Shown: positions 27,179-35,015 of the stretch, piece after piece
How positions within the stretch are numbered: the first letter of the stretch is position 1
Layout of the letters: every line of letters starts with the position of its first letter
NCBI GenBank assembly: GCA_021783915.1
Contig: JAJXTI010000004.1
Span: 1-43,505, forward strand
Length of the DNA stretch: 43,505 bases
Origin: a bacterium
Lineage (GTDB): Bacteria; Omnitrophota; Gorgyraeia; Zapsychrales; Fredricksoniimonadaceae
Direction of reading: 5' to 3'
Notes under the pieces: model-generated
What the model was told of the DNA's origin: nothing
Databases searched by the model: none
Seen by the model: only the letters and a program-made list of their open reading frames with translations
Made by a program: the position numbers and the translations under genes

Positions 27179-27529
27179 ATGAAGAATATATTACATAAAA
27201 CTAAAGAAATTTTAAAAGGACAAGGCAAATTAATTATTATTCAGGAACATTCTCAGGACAAGGACTGTGTTTCTGATGTTCGCAAGAATTTTCTTTATTT
27301 GGCCAAGGAAGTTGGTCGTGAAGAAGACCAACAAGCGCCCCAAGTGCATGTGCGTAAATCTTTTGACAGTTTAAGGCGTGATGAGAAATTCTCTATGCGG
27401 GTTAAAGGATTCTTTTATGTCAATCATAATCGTCGTTTGATTAAGGTGGGTTATTACCATACGTTGAAGATTTTGTTGCATTGGAAAACAGCTATCGTTT
27501 CTCCCAGTAAATCGGTGACTATGGCCTAG
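27179..27529 (+). CDS. Hypothetical basic protein (116 aa), no recognisable family
   Basis: ORF with AT-rich upstream region and its own downstream terminator. No motif recognised, so coding status is uncertain. Confidence 0.4.
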   Translation: MKNILHKTKEILKGQGKLIIIQEHSQDKDCVSDVRKNFLYLAKEVGREEDQQAPQVHVRKSFDSLRRDEKFSMRVKGFFYVNHNRRLIKVGYYHTLKILLHWKTAIVSPSKSVTMA

Positions 27530-27556
27530 GAAACCGCTCCGGTTCATCTGGTTAAG

Positions 27557-27592
27557 AGCCTCATTCTATTGCCGAATGGGGCTTTTTCTTTT
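27557..27592 (+). terminator. Rho-independent terminator
   Basis: AGCCTCATT (27557-27565) pairs with AATGGGGCT (27575-27583, one G-U), followed by TTTTTCTTTT. Confidence 0.75.
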
Positions 27593-27915
27593 GGTATGCT
27601 CGGCATACCATGTTTCTATAGGATGAAAGTTCCAAACGGGTCCATTGTTAGCTGAACGGCAAGGGTGAAGATACCTGTCCTGCTGTCTACACAGTTTCAG
27701 GCCGAGGAGGGTGGAGAACTAAGAGAGTAGTGAGGCCCTTAGATGCAGCGCAGCAGTCAGCAGAGGACAGTAGTTATCGAATGATACGGAATCCACGAGT
27801 TATGGTATATGGTGGAGGGGGAATAAATTCCAAAGCGTAAGAGGAAGAGAACGGAAACCGCCGGTATGTATGGTGGTGTGAGAGGACGGTGAGGACACCT
27901 TCACCTCCTACTCGA
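27593..27915. other. ORF-free, purine-rich (on + strand), hairpin-rich convergent intergenic region; candidate ncRNA of unknown class
   Basis: No ORF of 60 aa or more in any frame. Perfect hairpin GGTATGC-TCG-GCATACC (27593-27609). Long-range complementarity CTGTCCTGCTG (27675-27685) with CAGCAGAGGACAG (27758-27770). Hairpin GGTGAGG-ACAC-CTTCACC (27889-27906). Confidence 0.3.
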
Positions 27916-29562
27916 TTAGATGTTTGTTTTTATCCATTTCCCCCTGCCTTTGTTACTGACCCAAAATTCCAGATATTTACCGAACATCAGACGTGTTTGG
28001 GCGTCCAGCGCGGGTAGGGCCCCTAAGAAAACGAGGATAAAAGGAATCATTAGCCATTCAAGGGCGTGTCCAATTTTGACTAATATAGGATAGCGTACAT
28101 TTGTTTTGGGAAGAAGGGCCACGCTTAGGATAATGGATGTGATTAAACACAGTGATGCCAGATTAAAAATTGTACTGGCGATTTGAGGGACATTATAATA
28201 CACCACAGAGCTGGCAAACTCCCGACGCGCAAATAAAACCGGAAGCCAGCCCACAAACGACAAGATAAAACCCCATGTGGCCCAGGACCAATGGCCTTCC
28301 AGTAATTTAAAACCGTGGCGAAACTTGTCCCATAAAGGAATTTCTTTGTCTTGCCAAAAGGCCCGCATGACCAAGGGGACATTCTCGACGCCCCAGGCCC
28401 AGCGGCGTTTTTGCTTGTAGACACTCTTGACGGTACGCCACCAATTATCCGCGTTGGCCACATCCATTGAAAGCGTCACATACATAGGAATGACTCTATA
28501 TTTGCCGTCATAATGAATATAGCATTTCCAAAAAATAGCCGAATCATCAGAGATCATATCGAGAGGCCAATAGTTGACTTCAACCAAGGCCTTGAAACTC
28601 ATACTATGAGAAGAGAAGGTGACAAGTTTTTCGGGGTTGGTGGCTTCAACAAGTTGAAAGAAGGAAGATCCTGTCTCAACGACACGGGCAAACCCTGGCA
28701 CGTACCAAATGTTATTGTGGTACACCGGAATAGGCTGGAAACTACAGCGTTGACGGTCAGTTGTGACCATGAAATGATAGGTCAAACAGGAAAAATAGTT
28801 TTGATCCACAACAGTATCCGCATCAAAACAGGACACAATGACGTTTTCAACAGGAATGTTCCTATTAAAAATGTTTGCGGTGGCTTTTTGGGCGGCATAA
28901 GTAATATTGGCCCCCTTGACACGAGCCTCATTAGGTAGGTCACAGGGATGCACAACGGTAAAACAATCTAAGAAGAAGGATTTGTATTTATGTTCAACAG
29001 TATATACGCCATTTTTAATTTGCTCTTTAGCCCTTTCTTCCAATGCAAAGACCACTATGATTTGTTTTGTTGGAAACTGTTGCTGGCTGATGGCCTTGAT
29101 GGCTGGCTCAATAATTTCTTGGGACTCTTTAATGATAGGCAAGATGACTAAATGATAAATGTCTTTAGAAGGCGGCGGCAATTGTTTGCTGTCTAAAAGT
29201 TTTTTGAGTTCTTGTTGGTGGATCCAGATCGAAAATGATTGCCAAGGCTGGCTGGAGGGTCGTTCTTGGTAATAAGACACAAGATGATCAATGCCGTGGA
29301 TCCGTGCCATCCAATCTGTTTTGTTTTCCATGTTTAAACGGATATAAGACAGGACTAAGAAAAGAGTCATGTATAAAAGCCTGAAAAGCCAGCATAGATA
29401 AAAAGAAATAGTGATAATAGCTGCCGTGAAGGGAGAAAAGACCGAAAGCAAGAGCATGCCTAAAAGGGTCGTCCAACTGGCAACGCCAGGGAGGATTTCA
29501 AGGCGTCTTTGCCATTTAGCGTCCCCAGGGGGCAAGTTTTCTTTAGAGTAATGAAAACGCAT
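27916..29562 (-). CDS. Membrane-embedded processive family-2 glycosyltransferase (synthase type)
   Basis: TM segments at both termini. Cytoplasmic core has IIVVFALEE, CFDADTV (DxD), MISDDSA and QKRRWAWG (QxxRW). Confidence 0.85.
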   Translation of the reverse strand: MRFHYSKENLPPGDAKWQRRLEILPGVASWTTLLGMLLLSVFSPFTAAIITISFYLCWLFRLLYMTLFLVLSYIRLNMENKTDWMARIHGIDHLVSYYQERPSSQPWQSFSIWIHQQELKKLLDSKQLPPPSKDIYHLVILPIIKESQEIIEPAIKAISQQQFPTKQIIVVFALEERAKEQIKNGVYTVEHKYKSFFLDCFTVVHPCDLPNEARVKGANITYAAQKATANIFNRNIPVENVIVSCFDADTVVDQNYFSCLTYHFMVTTDRQRCSFQPIPVYHNNIWYVPGFARVVETGSSFFQLVEATNPEKLVTFSSHSMSFKALVEVNYWPLDMISDDSAIFWKCYIHYDGKYRVIPMYVTLSMDVANADNWWRTVKSVYKQKRRWAWGVENVPLVMRAFWQDKEIPLWDKFRHGFKLLEGHWSWATWGFILSFVGWLPVLFARREFASSVVYYNVPQIASTIFNLASLCLITSIILSVALLPKTNVRYPILVKIGHALEWLMIPFILVFLGALPALDAQTRLMFGKYLEFWVSNKGRGKWIKTNI

Positions 29563-29565
29563 AAG

Positions 29566-30819
29566 TTACGGTTCAAATTCTTTGAGACGTAAAGTGTCCG
29601 CAATGGTTTTTGGTAATATTGGTTTATGATGTAAAATTTGAATAGCAGATAATAATCGGTTTAAAGGGTCAATATAATAAAGTTTACCGGTCTTTTCAGA
29701 GTAATAAACAGAAGTTCCCTGATGGACATCGGTGATTTTCTGCAATCTCAGGTGCCCGAAAGGTTGCTTGTCCAGTAAAAAAAAATGCCCTTGATCGCGG
29801 AACAGGATTGTGTTGCCGTTATTGGCCCAAAAAGCCTGTTCAATGTTGTGCCCGTTTTGGAAAATCCATTGCAAGGTATGTTGATTTCTATCCCATAATC
29901 CTATTTTATTGGCAGTGAATTCAAGCCACAAATCCTCATTTTCATCTGAGATGCTTCCTATCACAGCCTGATTGATGGTGGTATTTATTTTGTGGCGAGA
30001 AGGGATATTCTGTTCAGGAATGTTGGGATAAATAGCCTTGGCTTTGATATCGATACGGTTTGTATGGTTATGGTAAAACGCATAAATAATTTTTTCGTCT
30101 CCGGCCTCCCACCAGAGTTTGACTGGTTCCTGAGGAAGAAGATCACTGATATCTTCAATATGAATTTGTTTGTCGCGTACGTCAACCCACAAGTATTTAT
30201 GTTTGTCTGCATCGACAATATGGATGACGAAAAATGGGCTTTTGTCGACAGTAAAGAAACGCGAGATTTGAGCGTCGCTGTAAATAGATTCTTCGGGAAA
30301 AACAGGGGCCACTTCAGAAGAACCGGATTCAATAGCATTATCGTCGGAAGATTCTTTGTTAAGCCGTAAAAGATACAGATCTTTGATAGTCATGGCCTGC
30401 CACTCCAAAAGAGTGTTGCCATCACCTAAGGGAAGCAAGTTTTCAAAAGGCATTCCGCTTAAGGGTTTAACTGTCCATTGCTGGGGAATCAAAAGAATAT
30501 CTTCCAATACGGTCGCTTTATGTTCCACTACGGGAATAGTATTTTGCCAGGGTTGGTAGTCCTTTAATTCTAAGCGTATAGCGTAGTTATCAGGAGGCAA
30601 ATCACGAATAACCGTAGGGGTGGTTCCATGGGCTTTGACATTATTAATATATACATCCGCATTGGGCGGATTGGAAGAGACATAAATAATCCCCGTTTTA
30701 ACCAACTGGTGTGTTTGAGGGTTAATGATGACCCCAAGAAGGCGTAAAATCAATAAAGGGCATATCGTTAGATACAAAGCTGCAAAAATATAAAAAACAA
30801 TTTTTCTTAAAATGGGCAT
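29566..30819 (-). CDS. Membrane-anchored PEGA-domain protein with large uncharacterised C-terminal domain
   Basis: N-terminal TM IVFYIFAALYLTICPLLILRLLGVI. PEGA domain SSNPPNADVYINN...GTTPTVIRDLPPDNYAIRLELKDYQPW. About 300 aa beyond that match no family I recognise. The stop lies 3 nt before the GT2 start. Confidence 0.75.
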   Translation of the reverse strand: MPILRKIVFYIFAALYLTICPLLILRLLGVIINPQTHQLVKTGIIYVSSNPPNADVYINNVKAHGTTPTVIRDLPPDNYAIRLELKDYQPWQNTIPVVEHKATVLEDILLIPQQWTVKPLSGMPFENLLPLGDGNTLLEWQAMTIKDLYLLRLNKESSDDNAIESGSSEVAPVFPEESIYSDAQISRFFTVDKSPFFVIHIVDADKHKYLWVDVRDKQIHIEDISDLLPQEPVKLWWEAGDEKIIYAFYHNHTNRIDIKAKAIYPNIPEQNIPSRHKINTTINQAVIGSISDENEDLWLEFTANKIGLWDRNQHTLQWIFQNGHNIEQAFWANNGNTILFRDQGHFFLLDKQPFGHLRLQKITDVHQGTSVYYSEKTGKLYYIDPLNRLLSAIQILHHKPILPKTIADTLRLKEFEP

Positions 30820-30953
30820 AAGTGGATTAATATCTCAATCGTCACTCGATCACCTTAAGCGATTCCGTGTTGAAGGGGCTCTTCCGGACGCCCTTGGAGG
30901 TGGGGCTGGTTTGAAAGAATTTGATGGTGCCATGTCTTTAAATGATGACCGAT

Positions 30954-32330
30954 TTAAGACCTTTCCAATAAGATAGAACCAACCTCATCAAGGGTTGTGA
31001 TACCTTTTTTAACTTTTTCCAGAGCGTCTTTAAAAAGGGGCTTGGTACCGTTGCGAGCGGCAATTTCAACCATCTGAGTGCTAGACACATTATGTACGAT
31101 TGCTTCACGTAATTCTTCATTTAAAGAGACTAACTCAAAGATTCCAACTCGTCCGTGGAAACCAGTTCCCCGACAAAACTCACAGCCTTTACCTTGATAG
31201 AGAACAACCTGTGAACTTGTGTCTTTTTCTTTATCTTTAGTGGAAGTTAAATAAACCACTCCTTCCCGATCAACAGAACTCGGTGCCTGAGGCCTTGCAG
31301 CCATCAACATATCAGGCGTTATCCCATAGGTAACGTTTAACTTATTCAATTGTGCTGAAGTGAGTGTATAAGGGACTCGGCATTTGTCACAAATGGCCCT
31401 GACTAAACGCTGCGCCAAGGTGCCGTTTAAAGCGTAAGAAACCATGTAGGGGTCGAGTCCCATGTTAATCAGGCGCATGATTGTACCTATGGCGCTATTG
31501 GTATGAATGGAACTTAAAACAAGATGCCCCGTCATAGATGCTCTTAGCGCTATATCAGCGGTTTCCTTGTCACGGATTTCGCCGACAAGAATAATATTAG
31601 GGTCTTGGCGTAAAATTGCCCTGAGGCCATCCGCAAAACTAAAATCGAATTTCGTTTTGATATCACATTGATTGACGCCAGGTAAACGATACTCCACGGG
31701 GTCTTCAATAGAAACGACATTGATAGACGGTGAATTGATTTTGGTTAAAAGAGAATATAAAGTCGTTGTTTTTCCGCTGCCTGTAGGGCCGCAAACCAGA
31801 AGCAGTCCCTGCTTCCGCTGGATCATCTGTGTCAGGAGAATCAAATCTCGGTTAGTTAATCCAGTATTTTCAAGTGATATAGTGTCCGAGCTTTTACCTA
31901 TTAAACGAAGGGCCATCTTTTATACATTGACCGTAGGAAAAGTCGAAAGACGAAAATCATAATCTTCGTTACCGATATGAACAGTACAGCGGCTATCTTG
32001 AGACTTGAGTTTGGAGATGGCATCGGTATCAAGACCAGCCATGATTTTAATACGCGCCATGACGGCGATTGATTGATCCGTGATGATCAATGCAATATAA
32101 AGCTTCCCATCGACACGGTAGCGTACTCGTAAATATCCATCCGGATCCGGTTCAATATGTATATCACTAGCTTTTTCAGTAATGGCTTCTTCGAAAATAA
32201 GATCGACAACCTGGACGGTTAACGCATGTCTGTCAGCTTCCTGAGGGACAGGGGCTCCCCAAGGAGATTTTTTATCTTCTCGACGACTTTTGGCTATGAG
32301 AAGTCCTAAACGATCTTGCAGTGAACTCAT
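30954..32330 (-). pseudogene. PilB/GspE-family secretion ATPase interrupted by one in-frame TAA
   Basis: Two abutting same-frame ORFs (31920-32330 and 30954-31916). The junction reads FRLSTFPTVNV*KMALRLI, where family members have ..PT..GEK.V.R.L. Walker A GPTGSGKTTT, Asp/His boxes and tetracysteine CDKC...CEFC are intact. Confidence 0.8.
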
Positions 32331-32369
32331 AAAATATAAACACCATTAAGTTTAATTATATGTCGATAT

Positions 32370-32400
32370 ATAATTTATTATATCATAAAAAGCATGTCAA
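32370..32400 (-). promoter_or_regulatory. Candidate promoter for the ATPase-PEGA-GT2 operon
   Basis: On the minus strand, TTGACA (plus coordinates 32395-32400) is followed about 16-17 nt later by an AT-rich ATAAAT/TAAATT. Confidence 0.3.
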
Positions 32401-32477
32401 TTATGTTTTTTTAACTAACTTATTACGACAGGGTCTGGTCCCGTCATGGATTGTATAAAATTTTTGCCTCCCTTCGT

Positions 32478-32525
32478 TTGACATATTATTTAGCATATGC
32501 TAACATTTAACTTAAGTTAAATGTT
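32478..32525 (+). promoter_or_regulatory. marR promoter with two overlapping perfect palindromes (candidate MarR operators)
   Basis: TTGACA (32478-32483), 17 nt spacer, TAACAT (32501-32506). 14-bp palindrome TTAGCATATGCTAA (32490-32503). 24-bp palindrome AACATTTAACTTAAGTTAAATGTT (32502-32525) ends 2 nt before the marR ATG. Confidence 0.6.
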
Positions 32526-32527
32526 AT

Positions 32528-32968
32528 ATGAATACCCCAAAACGTCACAGAATAGCCCGATCTATCGCTTCTTTAGTCCCCCATATCATACAAGGTGCGT
32601 ATTTAGGGGTTTTTACCAACCGTTCTATGACCCAAACGCAGTTTTTGCTTCTTTTATCTTTGCATGCCAAGGGTTGCTGCACTATGGGGGACATTGCCTC
32701 CTGTATGAAGGTGCAAATGCCGACGATGACCGGTCTGGTAGACAGGCTAGTGAGGGCTAAATATATTAGACGTTTACCTAATGTTAAAGACCGTCGCCAA
32801 ATAGTCATTGACCTGACACCTAAGGCCCACGCGTTTCTCAAGCAGTTCCAGACGATTATTGCCAAACGGTGGGAGGAGATATTACCTATCTTGGATGGCC
32901 AGGAACTGGAACAGATGCAGAACATAGTGATTAAGTTAAAACAAGCCATGGAAAGTCAAAAGTCATGA
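32528..32968 (+). CDS. MarR-family transcriptional regulator
   Basis: Winged-helix pattern LT.TQFLLLLSLH..G..TMGDIA..M.V..PTMTGLVDRLV...YI.R..N..DRR. Confidence 0.88.
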   Translation: MNTPKRHRIARSIASLVPHIIQGAYLGVFTNRSMTQTQFLLLLSLHAKGCCTMGDIASCMKVQMPTMTGLVDRLVRAKYIRRLPNVKDRRQIVIDLTPKAHAFLKQFQTIIAKRWEEILPILDGQELEQMQNIVIKLKQAMESQKS

Positions 32969-34260
32969 GAATTGTAAAAATTATTGTCTTATTCTTGGCA
33001 ATTGGATCTAGCTCTCCATCAATGGCGGAGCAGGCCATCAAAAATCCTTTACATTTAACACTCAAAAGGGCTTTGGAGATGGCTAAACTCAATAATGCAC
33101 AGGTCATTGCAACCAATGAACGTGTGCGTCAAGCCTTGGCGGACATGTTCATCTCACGTGCCGCGCTCCTTCCTCAATTGACCGGTATCTTTGGGGGAAG
33201 AAGGCAAACGGAAGACCTTAGGACCTCAGGCATTCGGTTGCCAGGTAATCCTCATACCGGCCCTTTTAATAGTTTTGATACCCGGGGACGATTGACCATG
33301 GAGATTTTTGATATGGCAGCTGTTCAGCGCCTGGAAGCAGCCAAAGCTGGTCACAAATTATCGCAAGCAGAGTTACTTAAGGTACGCCAGGATGTGTTGG
33401 CCTTGGTGGGGGCCATGTTTTTAGAAGCCCAGCGTGCCGATGAATCCGTGGGGTTAATTAAGACCAACCTGCGTCAGATGCAACTCCAATATGATATTGT
33501 TAAAACACGTTACAAGCAAGGGACAGCTTCTTTTTCTGATTTAGATAAGGCCTCTGTTGATTTGGCCCAGGCCCAATATTCCTTAAGCGCATATCGGACA
33601 CATGCCCGACAAATGAGATTAGATTTAGTTGCTGCTCTAAAAATTCCTTTGGATCAGCCGATTATTTTTGAGGATGACACGTCATGGCTCAAGAAAGGCA
33701 CCACAGCAGGGACAAGTCCTGATGTGATTCTGGCCCAGAACCAGTTATTGCAGAGTCGGGCCAATGAAAAAGCCGTACAGGCGTCTTTTTTACCGAGCAT
33801 CGTAGCCTCTGGGGACTATGGCCGTTCCGGCCAGACCCCCAGTGCTGCTAGTAATACTTATACACTGGGGGTTTCTGTGAGTGTTCCCGTTTGGGAAGGG
33901 GGGCTGAAACAGGCCCAGTTGGAACAGGCTAAATCCAAGGTCAGGGAAAATGAAATTCTTCTGGCTGATGCAAAAGACCAAAATCAGGTTAAAATCAAAG
34001 AGGCTTTGGATAGCGTACATGAGGCCCAAAGGCTGTTGAATGCGAAGCTACAGCAACTAAAATATGCCCAGCATGAGTGGGCCGTGGCCAAAGACAGGCT
34101 TAAATCAGGTTTAGGGAGCCAGCAGGAATTAGACGCAGCGGAATCAGTGAGAGCCTTTGCCGAGGATGATAAAAATGAAGCTCAGGCCGTGTATTGGACA
34201 GCTAAACTTAATTTGGCCCATACTATGGGTCGTATTGAAGAGCTGTTTGATATTCAATAG
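32965..34260 (+). CDS. TolC-family outer-membrane efflux protein
   Basis: Signal peptide and two repeats of the OEP pattern (L.L..AL..A...N......). ATGA overlap with marR. Confidence 0.88.
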   Translation: MRIVKIIVLFLAIGSSSPSMAEQAIKNPLHLTLKRALEMAKLNNAQVIATNERVRQALADMFISRAALLPQLTGIFGGRRQTEDLRTSGIRLPGNPHTGPFNSFDTRGRLTMEIFDMAAVQRLEAAKAGHKLSQAELLKVRQDVLALVGAMFLEAQRADESVGLIKTNLRQMQLQYDIVKTRYKQGTASFSDLDKASVDLAQAQYSLSAYRTHARQMRLDLVAALKIPLDQPIIFEDDTSWLKKGTTAGTSPDVILAQNQLLQSRANEKAVQASFLPSIVASGDYGRSGQTPSAASNTYTLGVSVSVPVWEGGLKQAQLEQAKSKVRENEILLADAKDQNQVKIKEALDSVHEAQRLLNAKLQQLKYAQHEWAVAKDRLKSGLGSQQELDAAESVRAFAEDDKNEAQAVYWTAKLNLAHTMGRIEELFDIQ

Positions 34261-34338
34261 TTTTGATACAGGTCCTGGACAGTCCACGGATAATCCGGAC
34301 AATAGATGTGGATAGTAACTTAAGACAGGGGGGGGAGT

Positions 34339-35013
34339 GTGAAAAATTTAGCTCTAGTGATAGGTTTGTTAGCTGTTTTAGGTTGCTCTGCCAAAAACGA
34401 TGTATTTAGCACCCGTTATTCCGGCACGTTAGAACTGACTGAGCATGTGCTGGGGGCCAAGGTAGCAGGGCGATTGACTACCCTTAATGTCAAAGAAGGA
34501 GATATGGTCAAGGCCTCCCAAGTCATCGCCACTTTAGACCGTTATGAACAGGCCAAGAAAGATTATGGGCGAACGGCAGAACTTTTAAAAACTGGTGGGG
34601 CCACTACCCAAGCCTTGGAGTACGCACAGCTTGCTATGGAGGATCAGCAAATTATTTCACCTGTCGATGGTGTTGTATTGGTCAAAACGGCAGAAATTGG
34701 GGAAATTATACCAGCAGGTGCGGGGGTGGTGGTCATTGGCGATCCTAAAGACCAATGGGTCAGGATTTTTTTACCTGAAGACTTTGTCGATCAAATACGT
34801 ATCGGTCAGTCCGCTTCCATTAAATTCGACGGTTCAGATAAAATTTATGACGGTCATGTCACTTTTATCGCTACAGAGGCGGAATTTACCCCCCGTAATG
34901 TTCAGGCCGTGGAAGACCGCATCACGCAGATGTTCGCTGTTAAAGTGGCACTTGACCATCCGGATGAATACGTGCATGCAGGTGTCGCAGCAGATGTGCA
35001 ATTTAAGAGGTAA
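34339..35013 (+). CDS. HlyD-family periplasmic adaptor (short form, lipoprotein-like)
   Basis: GTG start after GGGGGGAG. Signal LLAVLGCS. Lipoyl-like G.L..L.V.EGD.V...QVIA.LD and I.SP.DGVV blocks. Confidence 0.8.
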   Translation: MKNLALVIGLLAVLGCSAKNDVFSTRYSGTLELTEHVLGAKVAGRLTTLNVKEGDMVKASQVIATLDRYEQAKKDYGRTAELLKTGGATTQALEYAQLAMEDQQIISPVDGVVLVKTAEIGEIIPAGAGVVVIGDPKDQWVRIFLPEDFVDQIRIGQSASIKFDGSDKIYDGHVTFIATEAEFTPRNVQAVEDRITQMFAVKVALDHPDEYVHAGVAADVQFKR

Positions 35014-35015
35014 GG

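Noticed and set aside
27593-27915. Group II intron fragment, tmRNA or SRP RNA as an explanation of the structured gap
   Set aside because: I could find none of the defining elements:
- no domain-V-like AGC...GNRA...hairpin, GUGYG 5' end or RT ORF (group II intron);
- no tRNA-like GGTTCGA T-arm/ACCA end or alanine-rich tag frame (tmRNA);
- no GGAA-tetraloop/AGCA SRP domain IV motif (SRP RNA).
28513-29155. Plus-strand ORFs (141 aa and 82 aa) inside the GT2 gene; similarly 29992-30559 inside the PEGA gene
   Set aside because: The minus-strand frames carry the DxD/QxxRW and PEGA motifs. The plus-strand ORFs are shadows.
31920-31922. Stop-codon reassignment or programmed readthrough at the TAA inside the ATPase gene
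   Set aside because: TAA terminates other well-defined genes in this window at the expected positions (for example cspA and tolC), and no recoding signal is evident. A nonsense mutation or sequencing error is the simpler explanation.
32545-32949. 134-aa ORF antisense to marR, and the 79-aa +2-frame ORF at 32521-32760
   Set aside because: The MarR winged-helix pattern is clear in the 32528 frame. The alternatives have no features.
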